From: an uncultured Gemmatimonadales bacterium
GTDB taxonomy: Bacteria; Gemmatimonadota; Gemmatimonadetes; Longimicrobiales; RSA9
Length of the DNA: 64,000 nucleotides
Direction: 5' to 3'
Assembly: GCA_963708135.1 (NCBI GenBank)
Contig: OY970192.1
Coordinates: forward strand, 1,856,001-1,920,000
The first letter of the stretch is position 1, and every line of letters begins with the position of its first letter. Both the position numbers and the translations under genes were made by a program. Positions 18,855 to 28,595 of the stretch are shown here, one piece after another. Below the pieces are notes generated by a model that saw only the letters and a list, made by a program, of their open reading frames with translations, made no database searches and was not told where the DNA came from.

Positions 18855-19958
18855 TCAGGCGTGCACGCGCCTGAGCGTCAGCAGCACGTCCCGGCCGAAG
18901 GTCCGCACCTCCTCCGGCGTCCAGTCGCCCCCGCCCGACGCGCCGAGCGGCTCGGTGAAGGCCGGCACGCCGTCCGGGCCGTAGAACCGTGGCGCTTGGA
19001 ACAGGTACAGCCGCTCCACCCGGTCCACGGCGAGAAAGGAGGAGCCGGTCCGGCCGCCGCCCTCCACGAACACGGAGCGGATCCCTTCCTCCCACAGGGC
19101 CGAGAGCGCCGCGGCCACGTCGAGGCCCGACTCCCCGCGCGGGAGCGGCTGGACCTCGACCCCCGCTCCGCGGAGCGCCTCCCGGCGCTCGCGCGGCGCA
19201 TCCTGGGCGCAGAGCACCCGCACGGGCGCCTCTCCGGCACCGCGGACGAGGCGGCTCGCCAGCGGGAGCTTGGCCTCCGAGTCGAGCACCACGCGCGCTG
19301 GCGGCACGCGCGGCGTCACCGCCCCGCGCACCGTGAGCCGCGGGTCGTCCGCGATCGCGGTGCCGATCCCGACCAGGATGGCATCGAAGCCCGCCCGCAG
19401 GCAATGCGTCTCCGCCCGCGCCTCCTCGCCCGTGACCCACGCCTGTCCCGCCTGGCGCGGGCCGAGCCGCGCGTCGAGCGACAGCGCGTACTTGAGCGCC
19501 ACCCACGGCGCCCCGCGCTCCGCGGCGTGGAAGAAGGCCGCATTCTGCGCCCGTGCCGCCTCCCTCTCGACGCCGCCGAGGACCTCCAGTCCCCGGTCCC
19601 CGAGGCGGGCACCGCCGCCCGCCGACTCGCGCCCGGGATCCTCCGCGGCGTAGACGAGGCGGGCGATGCCCGCGGCCGCGATCGCGTTCGTGCACGGCGG
19701 CGTCTTCCCCTGGTGCGCGCACGGCTCGAGCGTCACGTAGAGGGTTGCGCCCTGCGCGCGCTCCCCCGCCGCCTCGAGGGCGGCCACCTCCGCATGCGGC
19801 CCGCCGAACGCGGCGTGCCATCCCTCGCCGACGAGGGCGCCGTCGCGCACGACCACGGCGCCGACCAGCGGGTTGGGGTGCACCGAGCCCCACCCGCGGG
19901 CGGCGAGCCCGAGCGCTCTCCGCATGTACGCCGCGTCGTCGGCCGTGGGTCCCGGCAT
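18855..19958 (-). CDS. ribD: Riboflavin biosynthesis deaminase/reductase
   Basis: PNPLVGAV, HAE, TLEPCAHQGKTPPC, VEGGG. Confidence 0.96.
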   Translation of the reverse strand: MPGPTADDAAYMRRALGLAARGWGSVHPNPLVGAVVVRDGALVGEGWHAAFGGPHAEVAALEAAGERAQGATLYVTLEPCAHQGKTPPCTNAIAAAGIARLVYAAEDPGRESAGGGARLGDRGLEVLGGVEREAARAQNAAFFHAAERGAPWVALKYALSLDARLGPRQAGQAWVTGEEARAETHCLRAGFDAILVGIGTAIADDPRLTVRGAVTPRVPPARVVLDSEAKLPLASRLVRGAGEAPVRVLCAQDAPRERREALRGAGVEVQPLPRGESGLDVAAALSALWEEGIRSVFVEGGGRTGSSFLAVDRVERLYLFQAPRFYGPDGVPAFTEPLGASGGGDWTPEEVRTFGRDVLLTLRRVHA

Positions 19959-19960
19959 CG

Positions 19961-20932
19961 TCAGATCGAGAGGCGGAGCGCGAGGCTGGCGAAGAGGGAT
20001 CCCTTCCGCACCAGGTCCTCCTTCCCCGTCGGCGTGGGCAGGGCGGCGGGCTCCGTCCCCCGCTGCCAGCCGACCTCGCCCACGGCGTGCAGGATGAGCA
20101 TGGTCCACGACAGGTTCGCGAAGGCGCTCATACGGCTGGCCGGATAGCCGGATACCGAGGCCTGGTTCGCACCCGGGACTCCCCCGGGCAGCTCACTGCT
20201 GCCCAGAACGGTGGTCGAGACATCGCTGCGGTACCGGTCCCAGCCCAGTCCGGCGGTGGCGCCGAGCACGAGCAGCCGCTTGCTCACGGCCGCGCGCACG
20301 GAGAGGTCGGAGACGCCGTTCAGCGTGAAGCTCGCGCTGTCCACGGGTACCTCGCCGAAGCGGACGTCGCCGACGTGGCGGTACATGCCCGAGACGGAGA
20401 TGCCGGGCATCGTGAACGACTCGCGCAGCAGGCCGAGGCGGACGCCGAGCCCGTAGCCGACCGGCGAGCCGTTCGCGAAGTCCCCCGGAAGCCGGGCCGC
20501 GCCCAGGCTGGCGAGGGCGTCCACCGAGCCGAAGCCCCCCACAGTAGGAAGCAGGCGAAGCCCGTCGAAGATCCCGACGGAGGCATCCACGTCGAAGAAC
20601 GGCGCGAACACGCCGATGTCGCCGCCCCCGCGGAGCGGCGGCAGCGTGAAATGGGCGCCCGTGACGCGCGCGTCCACCGAGATGTGCGGAAAGGTGCCCA
20701 TGCGCATGCCCAGCGTGCTGGCGGTCCCCTCGACGGGATTCCCGCCGGAGAACGCCAGGCCGATGCGCGGCTCCGCGATCTCCACGGCCTGCGCCGCCAG
20801 CAGGCACAGCCGCGCACCCTGTCCGGCCGCCGGGCACTTCTCGAGGAGCGAAGAGTCCTGCGCCCGTGCCACGCTCGGCGCGGCCAGCATGCCGCAGGCC
20901 GCGAGCGCCGCCGCCGCCGCGCGGTGGATCAC
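19961..20932 (-). CDS. Exported protein, probable outer-membrane beta-barrel; start uncertain (20932 or 20977)
   Basis: Signal peptide ending ARA-Q; alternating amphipathic strands; C-terminus FASLALRLSI. Confidence 0.6.
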   Translation of the reverse strand: MIHRAAAAALAACGMLAAPSVARAQDSSLLEKCPAAGQGARLCLLAAQAVEIAEPRIGLAFSGGNPVEGTASTLGMRMGTFPHISVDARVTGAHFTLPPLRGGGDIGVFAPFFDVDASVGIFDGLRLLPTVGGFGSVDALASLGAARLPGDFANGSPVGYGLGVRLGLLRESFTMPGISVSGMYRHVGDVRFGEVPVDSASFTLNGVSDLSVRAAVSKRLLVLGATAGLGWDRYRSDVSTTVLGSSELPGGVPGANQASVSGYPASRMSAFANLSWTMLILHAVGEVGWQRGTEPAALPTPTGKEDLVRKGSLFASLALRLSI

Positions 20933-20992
20933 GCCGCGCACGCCGCGGCGGAGTCGTCGCCTGCCTTCAGGCCACATCCCGGCCCACCCTTC

Positions 20993-22042
20993 CTAGAACA
21001 GCCGCACGCCCGCGTCGCCCCGCTCCACCACGCCCAGCCCCCAGGCGTCCTCCCCGTTCGCGCGGAGGCGCTCGACCACCTCGAGCTGGTGCTCCGGCGC
21101 GACGACCAGGATCATGCCCACGCCCATGTTGAAGGTCCGGTACATCTCGTCCTCGCTCACGTCCCCGTGACGCATCACGGCATAGAACTCCAGCGGCATC
21201 TCCCACGTGGAGCGCTGGACGTGCGCCTCGAGTCCCGCAGGCAGGACTCGGGCCAGATTCTCCGGGATCCCGCCTCCGGTGATGTGGGCCAGGGCGCGCA
21301 CCCGTCCCTCACCGATGAGCGGCAGCACCGGCCGCAGATAGCTCCGGTGCGGACGCAGGAGGACGTCGCCGACGCTCGCGCCCGTGTCCGGGAACTCGTC
21401 ATCCACGCTCAGCCCCATGCGCTCGAACAGGAGCCGCCGCAGGAGCGAATAGCCGTTGGTGTGGAAGCCATCCGACGCCAAGCCGACGAGTGCGTCGCCC
21501 GCCTGCACGCGGTGCGCCCCCGGCCTCGACTCCGCCTCGACGATGCCCACGATGAAGCCGGCCAGGTCATACTCGCCGGGCCCGTAGAAGTCGGGCAGCT
21601 CGGCGGTTTCGCCGCCGAGCAGCGCGCAGCCGTTGTCGCCGCACGCCCCGGCCATCCCCGCCACGATCTGCTCGACGGTCCCTTCCTCGAGCCGGCCCAT
21701 GCCAATGTAGTCGAGGAAGAACAGCGGCCGCGCGCCCTCGACCAGAATGTCGTCCACGCAATGATTGACCAGGTCCCGGCCGACGGTGTCGTGGATCCCC
21801 GCGCGCATGGCCACCTTGAGCTTCGTGCCGACCCCGTCCGCGCTGGCCACGAGCGCCGGGTCCGTAAGTCCCGCCGGAACGCGGAAGATGCCGCCGAACG
21901 AGCCTTCCTTCGACAGCACCTCGGGGCCCGCCGTGGCCCGCACGAGCTCGGCGATCCGCCGCTTGGCGCGGCCCGCCACGTCGCGGTCCACGCCCGATTC
22001 CCTGTAGCTCAGGCCCACCTCGTCCGCCTCAGCCCCAGGCAT
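20993..22042 (-). CDS. purM: Phosphoribosylaminoimidazole synthetase
   Basis: YRESGVD, DGVGTKL, GGETAELP, HITGGG, TFNMGVG. Confidence 0.96.
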   Translation of the reverse strand: MPGAEADEVGLSYRESGVDRDVAGRAKRRIAELVRATAGPEVLSKEGSFGGIFRVPAGLTDPALVASADGVGTKLKVAMRAGIHDTVGRDLVNHCVDDILVEGARPLFFLDYIGMGRLEEGTVEQIVAGMAGACGDNGCALLGGETAELPDFYGPGEYDLAGFIVGIVEAESRPGAHRVQAGDALVGLASDGFHTNGYSLLRRLLFERMGLSVDDEFPDTGASVGDVLLRPHRSYLRPVLPLIGEGRVRALAHITGGGIPENLARVLPAGLEAHVQRSTWEMPLEFYAVMRHGDVSEDEMYRTFNMGVGMILVVAPEHQLEVVERLRANGEDAWGLGVVERGDAGVRLF

Positions 22043-22964
22043 GCGCGCCCACGGCCGTGGCGTGCTCGAACGCCGTCATCTCGCGGAACGCTCTCACGCG
22101 CTCCCTGACCTCGTCCGGCCGGATCTCGACCAGCCGCTCGATGCTGAAGCGCTCGACCGCGAAGGAGCCGAGCGCCGAGCCGTAGACCATGGCCCGGCGC
22201 AGCTCGTCCGGCTCCGTCGAGCCCACGAGGGCGAGGTAGCCCATGAAGCCGCCGGCGAAGGCGTCGCCCGCGCCGGTCGGGTCGAAGACCTCCTCGAGCG
22301 GGTAGCCGGGCGTGAAGAACACCATGTCCGGCGTGAACAGGATCGCGCCGTGCTCGCCCTTCTTCACGACCACCAGCTGCGGCCCCCGAGCCTGGATCCA
22401 GCGGGCCGCGCGCAGCAGGTTGTGGTCGCCGGAGAGCTCCCGCGCCTCGGCATCGTTCACCAGCAGCAGGTCCACCCGGCCGAGCAGCTCGAGCAGCGCG
22501 TCGCGCTTGCCGTGAATCCAGAAGTTCATGGTGTCGCACGCGACCATCCGAGGCGCGTGCACCTGGTCCAGCACCTCGATCTGGAGCTCCGGGTCGATGT
22601 TGCCGAGGAAGACCCAGGCGGCATCGCGGAACGCCTCCGGGATGCGCGGCCGGAACTCCGCGAACACGCCCAGGCGCGTCTCCCGGGTCTCGCGCGTGTT
22701 CAGGTCGAAGCTGTAGATGCCCGACCAGCGGAAGCTCTCGCCCTCCGCCTGCTCGAGGCCGCTCAGGTCCACGCCGCGGCCGCGCAGGAACTCCAGCCGG
22801 TCGAGCGGATAGTCGCTCCCCACCACACCCACCAGCTGCACCGGGTGGAACAGCGAGGCCGCCGCCGAGAAGAAGGTGGCCGACCCGCCGAGCGCGTCCT
22901 CGGCCGTCCCGAACGGCGTCTCCACGGTGTCCAGGGCGACGCTTCCCACGACCAGCAGGCTCAT
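22029..22964 (-). CDS. PfkB-family carbohydrate/nucleoside kinase
   Basis: GSVALD, LGGSATF, DPTGAGDAFAGG. Confidence 0.92.
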   Translation of the reverse strand: MSLLVVGSVALDTVETPFGTAEDALGGSATFFSAAASLFHPVQLVGVVGSDYPLDRLEFLRGRGVDLSGLEQAEGESFRWSGIYSFDLNTRETRETRLGVFAEFRPRIPEAFRDAAWVFLGNIDPELQIEVLDQVHAPRMVACDTMNFWIHGKRDALLELLGRVDLLLVNDAEARELSGDHNLLRAARWIQARGPQLVVVKKGEHGAILFTPDMVFFTPGYPLEEVFDPTGAGDAFAGGFMGYLALVGSTEPDELRRAMVYGSALGSFAVERFSIERLVEIRPDEVRERVRAFREMTAFEHATAVGAHAWG

Positions 22965-24649
22965 GTGGCGCTCTCCTCCCGCTCCATTCGCTCCGGCGCG
23001 TCGAGCCCGAGCAGCTCCAGGGCGTTGCGCAGCACGATCTGCACGGCACGCGCGAGCGCGAGCCGCGCCGCCCTCAGCTCCGGATCCGCCACCAGCACCG
23101 CCAGCTCCGGGTTCCGGCTCGGGTTGCCGCTGTGATACCATGAGTTGACGAGCGCGGCCGTAGCCTCCAGGTAGTCGCACACCACGTGCGGCGCGCGCGC
23201 GCCAGCCGCGCGCTCGACCACCGCCGGCAGCTCCGCCAGCTGCCGGATCAGCTCCTGCTCCACGTCGGTGGCGAGGCGCGCGAGCGAGCCGACATCCTCG
23301 TCGAGCGATTCCGGCGCCACGCCCGCCTTGCGGAAGATGCTCGCCATGCGGGCGTGCGCGTACTGGACCTTGTAGACCGGGTTCTTCTCCGAGCGGTCCA
23401 GGGCGAGATCGAGGTCGAAGAGCATCTGCGTGTCGCCCCGACGCATGAGGAAGAAGTAGCGCGCCACATCCACGCCCGTCTCCTCGAACAGCTCGCGCAA
23501 CGTCACGAACTCGCCCGCCCGCTTGCTGATCTTGACCTCCTCGCCGCCGCGCATGATGCGCACCATCTGTACGATCTCGACATCCAGGAAATCGGGCAGG
23601 CCGAGCGCGGCCAGCGCCGCCTGCATGCGCGGCACGTAGCCGTGGTGGTCCGCGCCCCAGACGTCGATCGCGTGGTCGAAGCCGCGCCGGGCCTTCTCCC
23701 GGTGGTAGGCGATGTCCGGCAGGAAGTACGTGTAGCTGCCATCGCTCTTCACCAGCACGCGGTCCTTGTCGTCCCCGAACTCGGTCGTCCGCAGCCAGAG
23801 CGCGCCCTCCGACTCGTAGGTCAGCCCTCGCTGCCCGAGCTCATCGATGGTATCGGCGATCCGGTCCTCGCGGTAAAGCCGCGATTCGGGGAAATAGCTG
23901 TCGAAGTGGACCCGGAAGTCCGCCAGGTCCCGGTCCTGCCCCGCCTTCAGGCGCTCGACCGCCCACGCGCCGAGCGCCGCCACGCGCGCCGCTTCGTCCA
24001 GGCCGCGGAGCCGATCGCCCTGCTCGGCCTCGACCTCCTCCGCCAGCTCGACGAGGTACGCGCCGTGATAGCCGCCCTCGGGGATCGACACCTCCCCGCC
24101 CGTGCGGCCCCGCCAGCGCGCGTCCAGCGACTCCGCGAGCCGCTGGATCTGCACGCCCGCGTCGTTGACGTAGAACTCCCGCTCCACGTCGTGGCCCGTC
24201 CACTCGAGCAGCGCCGCGATGCCGTCTCCCAGCGAGGCGCCGCGCCCGTGCGCCACGTGCAGCGGGCCCGTAGGGTTCGCGGACACGAACTCCACCTGCA
24301 CGCGCCGGCCCGCGCCGCCCTGCGAGCGGCCATAGGCGCGGTCCTCGCGCAGCACGCGCGCGAGCTGCGCTTCCATGACCTCGCCCGCCAGGCGGAAGTT
24401 GATGAAGCCTGGACCCGCGACCTCCGCGCTCGCCACCCCCACGCCCGAGAGGTCGAGACGCGAGATCACGTCCTGCGCCACATCGCGCGGCCGGCGCCCG
24501 AGCCGCCCCGCGAGCACGAGCGCCAGGTTGGTCGCCAGGTCCCCGTGCTCCGGGTTGCGCGGCCGCTCGACCTGCACCGCTTCGCCGTCGCCCCCGAGCT
24601 CCCCCGCGATCTCGCGCAGGCGCCGGAGCAGCAGCTCGCTCGCCATCAC
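22961..24649 (-). CDS. argS: Arginine--tRNA ligase
   Basis: GPGFINF, SANPTGPLHVAHGR, KISKRAG, NPVYKVQYAHAR. Confidence 0.97.
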   Translation of the reverse strand: MMASELLLRRLREIAGELGGDGEAVQVERPRNPEHGDLATNLALVLAGRLGRRPRDVAQDVISRLDLSGVGVASAEVAGPGFINFRLAGEVMEAQLARVLREDRAYGRSQGGAGRRVQVEFVSANPTGPLHVAHGRGASLGDGIAALLEWTGHDVEREFYVNDAGVQIQRLAESLDARWRGRTGGEVSIPEGGYHGAYLVELAEEVEAEQGDRLRGLDEAARVAALGAWAVERLKAGQDRDLADFRVHFDSYFPESRLYREDRIADTIDELGQRGLTYESEGALWLRTTEFGDDKDRVLVKSDGSYTYFLPDIAYHREKARRGFDHAIDVWGADHHGYVPRMQAALAALGLPDFLDVEIVQMVRIMRGGEEVKISKRAGEFVTLRELFEETGVDVARYFFLMRRGDTQMLFDLDLALDRSEKNPVYKVQYAHARMASIFRKAGVAPESLDEDVGSLARLATDVEQELIRQLAELPAVVERAAGARAPHVVCDYLEATAALVNSWYHSGNPSRNPELAVLVADPELRAARLALARAVQIVLRNALELLGLDAPERMEREESAT

Positions 24650-24966
24650 TCGGCGCCCGCCGCGCCCCCGCCGGAGCCGCCCGCCTCCTTCTTGCCCGGC
24701 GACGACGCGCCCCCCTCCGGCTTCGCGGCGTCCGGCTTCGATGCTGCGGCCCCGCCCTTGTCCGACTCCGCCGCCTTCTTGTAGCTCTCGCTGCGGTAGT
24801 CGGTGGTGTAGAAGCCGGAGCCCTTGAAGAGCAACCCGGCCCCGCCCGACAGCACGCGCTCCGCCTGCTTGCCGCAGACCGGGCAGGTCGCCTCCGGCGG
24901 GGCGCTCATGCGCTGGAACTCCTCGAACTCGTGCCCCTCGGGGCAGCGGTACTCGTACGTCGGCAT
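24646..24966 (-). CDS. FmdB-family zinc ribbon protein
   Basis: MPTYEYRC..GH, CPVCG, FKGSGFYTTDY. Confidence 0.92.
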   Translation of the reverse strand: MPTYEYRCPEGHEFEEFQRMSAPPEATCPVCGKQAERVLSGGAGLLFKGSGFYTTDYRSESYKKAAESDKGGAAASKPDAAKPEGGASSPGKKEAGGSGGGAAGAE

Positions 24967-25006
24967 CGCTCTCGGTCCACTCCCGGTTGTCTCGGCCGCG
25001 CCGGCG

Positions 25007-26620
25007 CTACGCCGCCGGCTCGCCGCGGTAGATACCCCACTCCTCGCGCAACATGTCGCTCACCTCGCCCAGCGTCGCGCGCGCCTTCACCGCGCCGATG
25101 ATCGGCGGCAGCAGGTTGGCCGGCCCGCGCGCGGCCTCGCGGACGGCCGCGAGCGCCGTGCGGACGGCGCCCGCATCGCGTGCCGCGCGCACCGCCGCGA
25201 GCTTCTCCCGCTGCCCGGCCGCCAGCGCCCCGTAGTCGGGCTGCTCGATGCGCGGCGGGTGCTGCTCCTCGCGGAACGCGTTCACCCCCACCGTGAGCCG
25301 CTCCTCGCGCTCGAGCGCCATCTGCTGCTCGTACGCCGCGCGAGAGATCTCCTCCTGCATGTAGCCGATCGCGCCCGCGGCCCCACCCAGCTCCTCCACC
25401 CGCTCGAGATAGCCGCGCGCCCGCTCCTCCAGCGCGCTCGTCAGCGCCTCCACGTAATAGCTGCCCCCCAGCGGATCCGCCGTCTCCGTCACGCCGCTCT
25501 CGAAGGCCAGGATCTGCTGCGTCCGCAGCGCCAGCTTCGCCGCCTCTTCCGTCGGCAGCGAGAGCGCCTCGTCGTACCCGTTCGTGTGCAGCGACTGCGT
25601 GCCCCCCAGCACCGCCGAGAGCGCCTGCACCGCCACCCGCACCACGTTGTTCAATGGCTGCTGCGCCGTCAGCGTCACGCCGCCCGTCTGCGTGTGGAAC
25701 CGCAGGCGGCACGACTCGTCCGAGGCGTCCCAGCGCTCCCGCATGAGGCGCGCCCATAGCCGCCGCGCCGCCCGGAACTTCGCCACCTCCTCGAAGAGAT
25801 CGTTGTGCGCCGCGAAGAAGAACGACAGTCGCGGCGCGAACGACTCCAGCGCGAGACCCCGCCCCACCGCCCGCTCCACGTACTCCAGGGCGTCCGCCAG
25901 CGTGAACGCGATCTCCTGCGCCGCCGTCGCCCCCGCCTCCCGGATGTGGTAGCCGCTGATCGAGATCGTGTTCCAGCGCGGCACCTCCGCCGCACAGAAC
26001 GCGAACAGGTCCGTCACCAGCCGCAGGCTCGGCTCCACCGGGTAGATGTAGGTGCCCCGGGCGATATACTCCTTCAGGATGTCGTTCTGCACCGTTCCGG
26101 ACAGCGCCGATCGCTCGATCCCGCCCTCGTCCGCGAGCGCCACCAGCATCGCCAGCAGCACCGCCGCCGTCGCGTTGATCGTCATCGAGACCGACACCCG
26201 CTCCAGCGGGATCCCCGCGAACAGCTCCCGCAGATCGTCCAGCGTGTCGATCGCCACGCCTACCCGCCCCACCTCTCCCACCGCCACCGACGCATCCGAG
26301 TCGTACCCCATCTGCGTCGGCAGGTCGAACGCCACCGAAAGCCCCGTCTGCCCGTGCTCGAGCAGATACCGGTAGCGCGCGTTCGTCTCCGCCGCCGTAC
26401 CGAACCCGGCGTACTGCCGCATCGTCCACAGCCGGCCGCGGTACATCGTGGGGTACACGCCGCGCGTGTAGGGGAACTCGCCCGGGGCCGCGAGATCTCG
26501 CGCGTAATCGAGCGCCGCATCCCCCGGCGCGTACACCGGCTTCACAGGCACGCCGCTCGTCGTCCGCACCTCGCCCGCCGCGGCCGACGTGGGTGAGAAA
26601 TCTACTTTATCTGTTGGCAT
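25007..26620 (-). CDS. Methylmalonyl-CoA mutase, substrate-binding (large) subunit
   Basis: WTMRQYAGF (Tyr typical of MCM rather than ICM), [31 protein letters not shown]. No B12-binding domain in this ORF. Confidence 0.92.
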   Translation of the reverse strand: MPTDKVDFSPTSAAAGEVRTTSGVPVKPVYAPGDAALDYARDLAAPGEFPYTRGVYPTMYRGRLWTMRQYAGFGTAAETNARYRYLLEHGQTGLSVAFDLPTQMGYDSDASVAVGEVGRVGVAIDTLDDLRELFAGIPLERVSVSMTINATAAVLLAMLVALADEGGIERSALSGTVQNDILKEYIARGTYIYPVEPSLRLVTDLFAFCAAEVPRWNTISISGYHIREAGATAAQEIAFTLADALEYVERAVGRGLALESFAPRLSFFFAAHNDLFEEVAKFRAARRLWARLMRERWDASDESCRLRFHTQTGGVTLTAQQPLNNVVRVAVQALSAVLGGTQSLHTNGYDEALSLPTEEAAKLALRTQQILAFESGVTETADPLGGSYYVEALTSALEERARGYLERVEELGGAAGAIGYMQEEISRAAYEQQMALEREERLTVGVNAFREEQHPPRIEQPDYGALAAGQREKLAAVRAARDAGAVRTALAAVREAARGPANLLPPIIGAVKARATLGEVSDMLREEWGIYRGEPAA

Positions 26621-26697
26621 GCAACCACCTGCCACAGCACGAGATATAAAGGACTACCGCGCGCGGAATCGAACCGGCGTATCCCGCCACGAGCACG

Positions 26698-27207
26698 TCA
26701 GCGCTCGGCGCTGAACTCGACCAGCACCGCGCCCTTCTCCACGGCCTGACCCGACGTCACCAGCACGCGCGCGACGATGCCTTCGCCTTCCGCCTTCAGC
26801 TCGTTCTCCATCTTCATCGCCTCGATCACGGCCACTGCCTCACCGGCGCGGACCGCCTGCCCGACCTCCACCTCGATGCGGGTCACGAGGCCGGGCATCG
26901 GCGCGCGCACGGGCCGCGGCCCGCGCGCCGCGGCGGGATTCCCCGTCAACGCGCGGATCGCGCGGGTGCGCTCGTCCACGACGGCAGGGGCGAAGCGGTC
27001 GCCGTCCAGGTGCAGGTCCCACTCGCCCCTCCCCGTGCCGGAACGCGCCACGACGATGTAGGAGCGGCCATCGACGAGGAGATGCCGGACCGGCGTCCCG
27101 GGCAGCGCGGCGAGACGGGCGTCCACGGCGCGGCCATCCACCACCGGCGTCTCGCCGGAGAGGTCCACCTCGAAGGTGCGGTCGTCGATGGTCACGAAGT
27201 AGCGCAT
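26698..27207 (-). CDS. Biotin carboxyl carrier protein (acyl-CoA carboxylase)
   Basis: APMPG...EAMKMENE. Confidence 0.93.
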   Translation of the reverse strand: MRYFVTIDDRTFEVDLSGETPVVDGRAVDARLAALPGTPVRHLLVDGRSYIVVARSGTGRGEWDLHLDGDRFAPAVVDERTRAIRALTGNPAAARGPRPVRAPMPGLVTRIEVEVGQAVRAGEAVAVIEAMKMENELKAEGEGIVARVLVTSGQAVEKGAVLVEFSAER

Positions 27208-28469
27208 GTCAGCTCGGCCACGGTCTCGACGTGAGCGGTCTGCGGGAACAGGTCGAAGCAGCGGAGGGACCGTATCGCGTACCGGCCTCCGAGCCGCTCC
27301 AGGTCCCGCGCCAGCGTGGCCGGATCGCAGCTGACGTAGAGCAGCCGCTCCGGCGGCCGGGCCAGGAGGGCCGCCGGAACCGCCGGATCCAGCCCCGCGC
27401 GGGGCGGATTGACGATCACGACGTCCGCCGGCAGCGCGGCTGGCAGCAGCGCCTCGACGCGTCCGACCTCGAAGCGGGCCCCCGTGGGCGCCGCCCGGCG
27501 CGCCTCCTCGACCGCGAGGGCATCCAGCTCGAGCCCGACCACCCGCGCTCCCGCCCGCGCGAGCCGCCGCGCGTGCAGGCCCACACCGCAGTAGGCATCC
27601 ACGACCCTCTTCCCGGCCACGTCTCCCGCGCGGTCGGCCACGTGCTCTTCCAGCAGCGCCGCGGCGGCCCGGTTCACCTGCAGGAACACGCTTCCGCCGA
27701 GGCCGACCTCCTCCTCCAGCCAGCTCTCCGGCACCGCGCGGACGCCGGCCAGCAGCCGCGGCTCCTTCGCGTCGGCGGCCTGGTGCCAGAGCGCCACCAG
27801 GCCGGGCACCCGCTCCAGCAGCTGCTCGGGCTCTCCCGGCGTCGTTCCGCCTTCGACGAGGAGCGACACCGCGGCCGCGGCGGATGCGCGCAGGGTCAGC
27901 CGCAGCTCGCGGCCGGCAGGCAGCCGAGCCGCGCCCGCCCCCCACGAGCTTCTGAGCGCCCCCCACGCCTCCGCCACGGCGCTCTCCGGCAGCAGGCATG
28001 CCGACGAGATGTCCACCAGACGCTCGGCGTGGTTCAGCTCGTGGAAGCCCGCCACCACACGGCCGCCCATCCGCCGCAGCGTGAACGAGACGCGGTTCCG
28101 ATACCGGAGCTGCGCCGGCGAGCCGACCACCTCCGGCGTCTCGATCTGAAGCCCGCCGATTCGCCGCAGCGCCTGCGCGACGATCTCCGCCTTGGCGCGC
28201 AGCTGTGCCCCGTACACGAGGTGCTCCAGCGTGCACCCGCCGCAGCGCTCGTAGTGCGGGCAGGGCGCCTCCCGCCGGTCGGCGGAGGCCGCGAGCACCT
28301 CCAGCAGCTCCGCGCGCGCCCACCGGCGCTTGCGCGCGAGCAGGCGGATGCGGACCTCCTCGCCGGGCGCCGTCCGCTGGACGAACACCGCGCGGCCGTC
28401 CGCCAGCCGCCCCACGCCCGCTCCGCCTGCGGCGATGCCCGTAATCCGGATTCGCTCGACCTCGCTCAT
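27192..28469 (-). CDS. rlmD: 23S rRNA (uracil-C5)-methyltransferase, RlmD/TrmA family
   Basis: TRAM domain, CPHYERCGGC, FLQVN, NPPRAG, YVSCDPATLARD, DLFPQTAHVE. Confidence 0.88.
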   Translation of the reverse strand: MSEVERIRITGIAAGGAGVGRLADGRAVFVQRTAPGEEVRIRLLARKRRWARAELLEVLAASADRREAPCPHYERCGGCTLEHLVYGAQLRAKAEIVAQALRRIGGLQIETPEVVGSPAQLRYRNRVSFTLRRMGGRVVAGFHELNHAERLVDISSACLLPESAVAEAWGALRSSWGAGAARLPAGRELRLTLRASAAAAVSLLVEGGTTPGEPEQLLERVPGLVALWHQAADAKEPRLLAGVRAVPESWLEEEVGLGGSVFLQVNRAAAALLEEHVADRAGDVAGKRVVDAYCGVGLHARRLARAGARVVGLELDALAVEEARRAAPTGARFEVGRVEALLPAALPADVVIVNPPRAGLDPAVPAALLARPPERLLYVSCDPATLARDLERLGGRYAIRSLRCFDLFPQTAHVETVAELTCATS

Positions 28470-28595
28470 CGCCGGCCCCCGGCCGGGCCGGCCGCGCGGA
28501 CGCGCGGCGGCCACGCACAAACGAGCCCGGGGACGAGTCCCCGGGCCGGAAGCCGGGAAGATAGCCCGTTCCATGATGGATGCAAACGCGGCGGC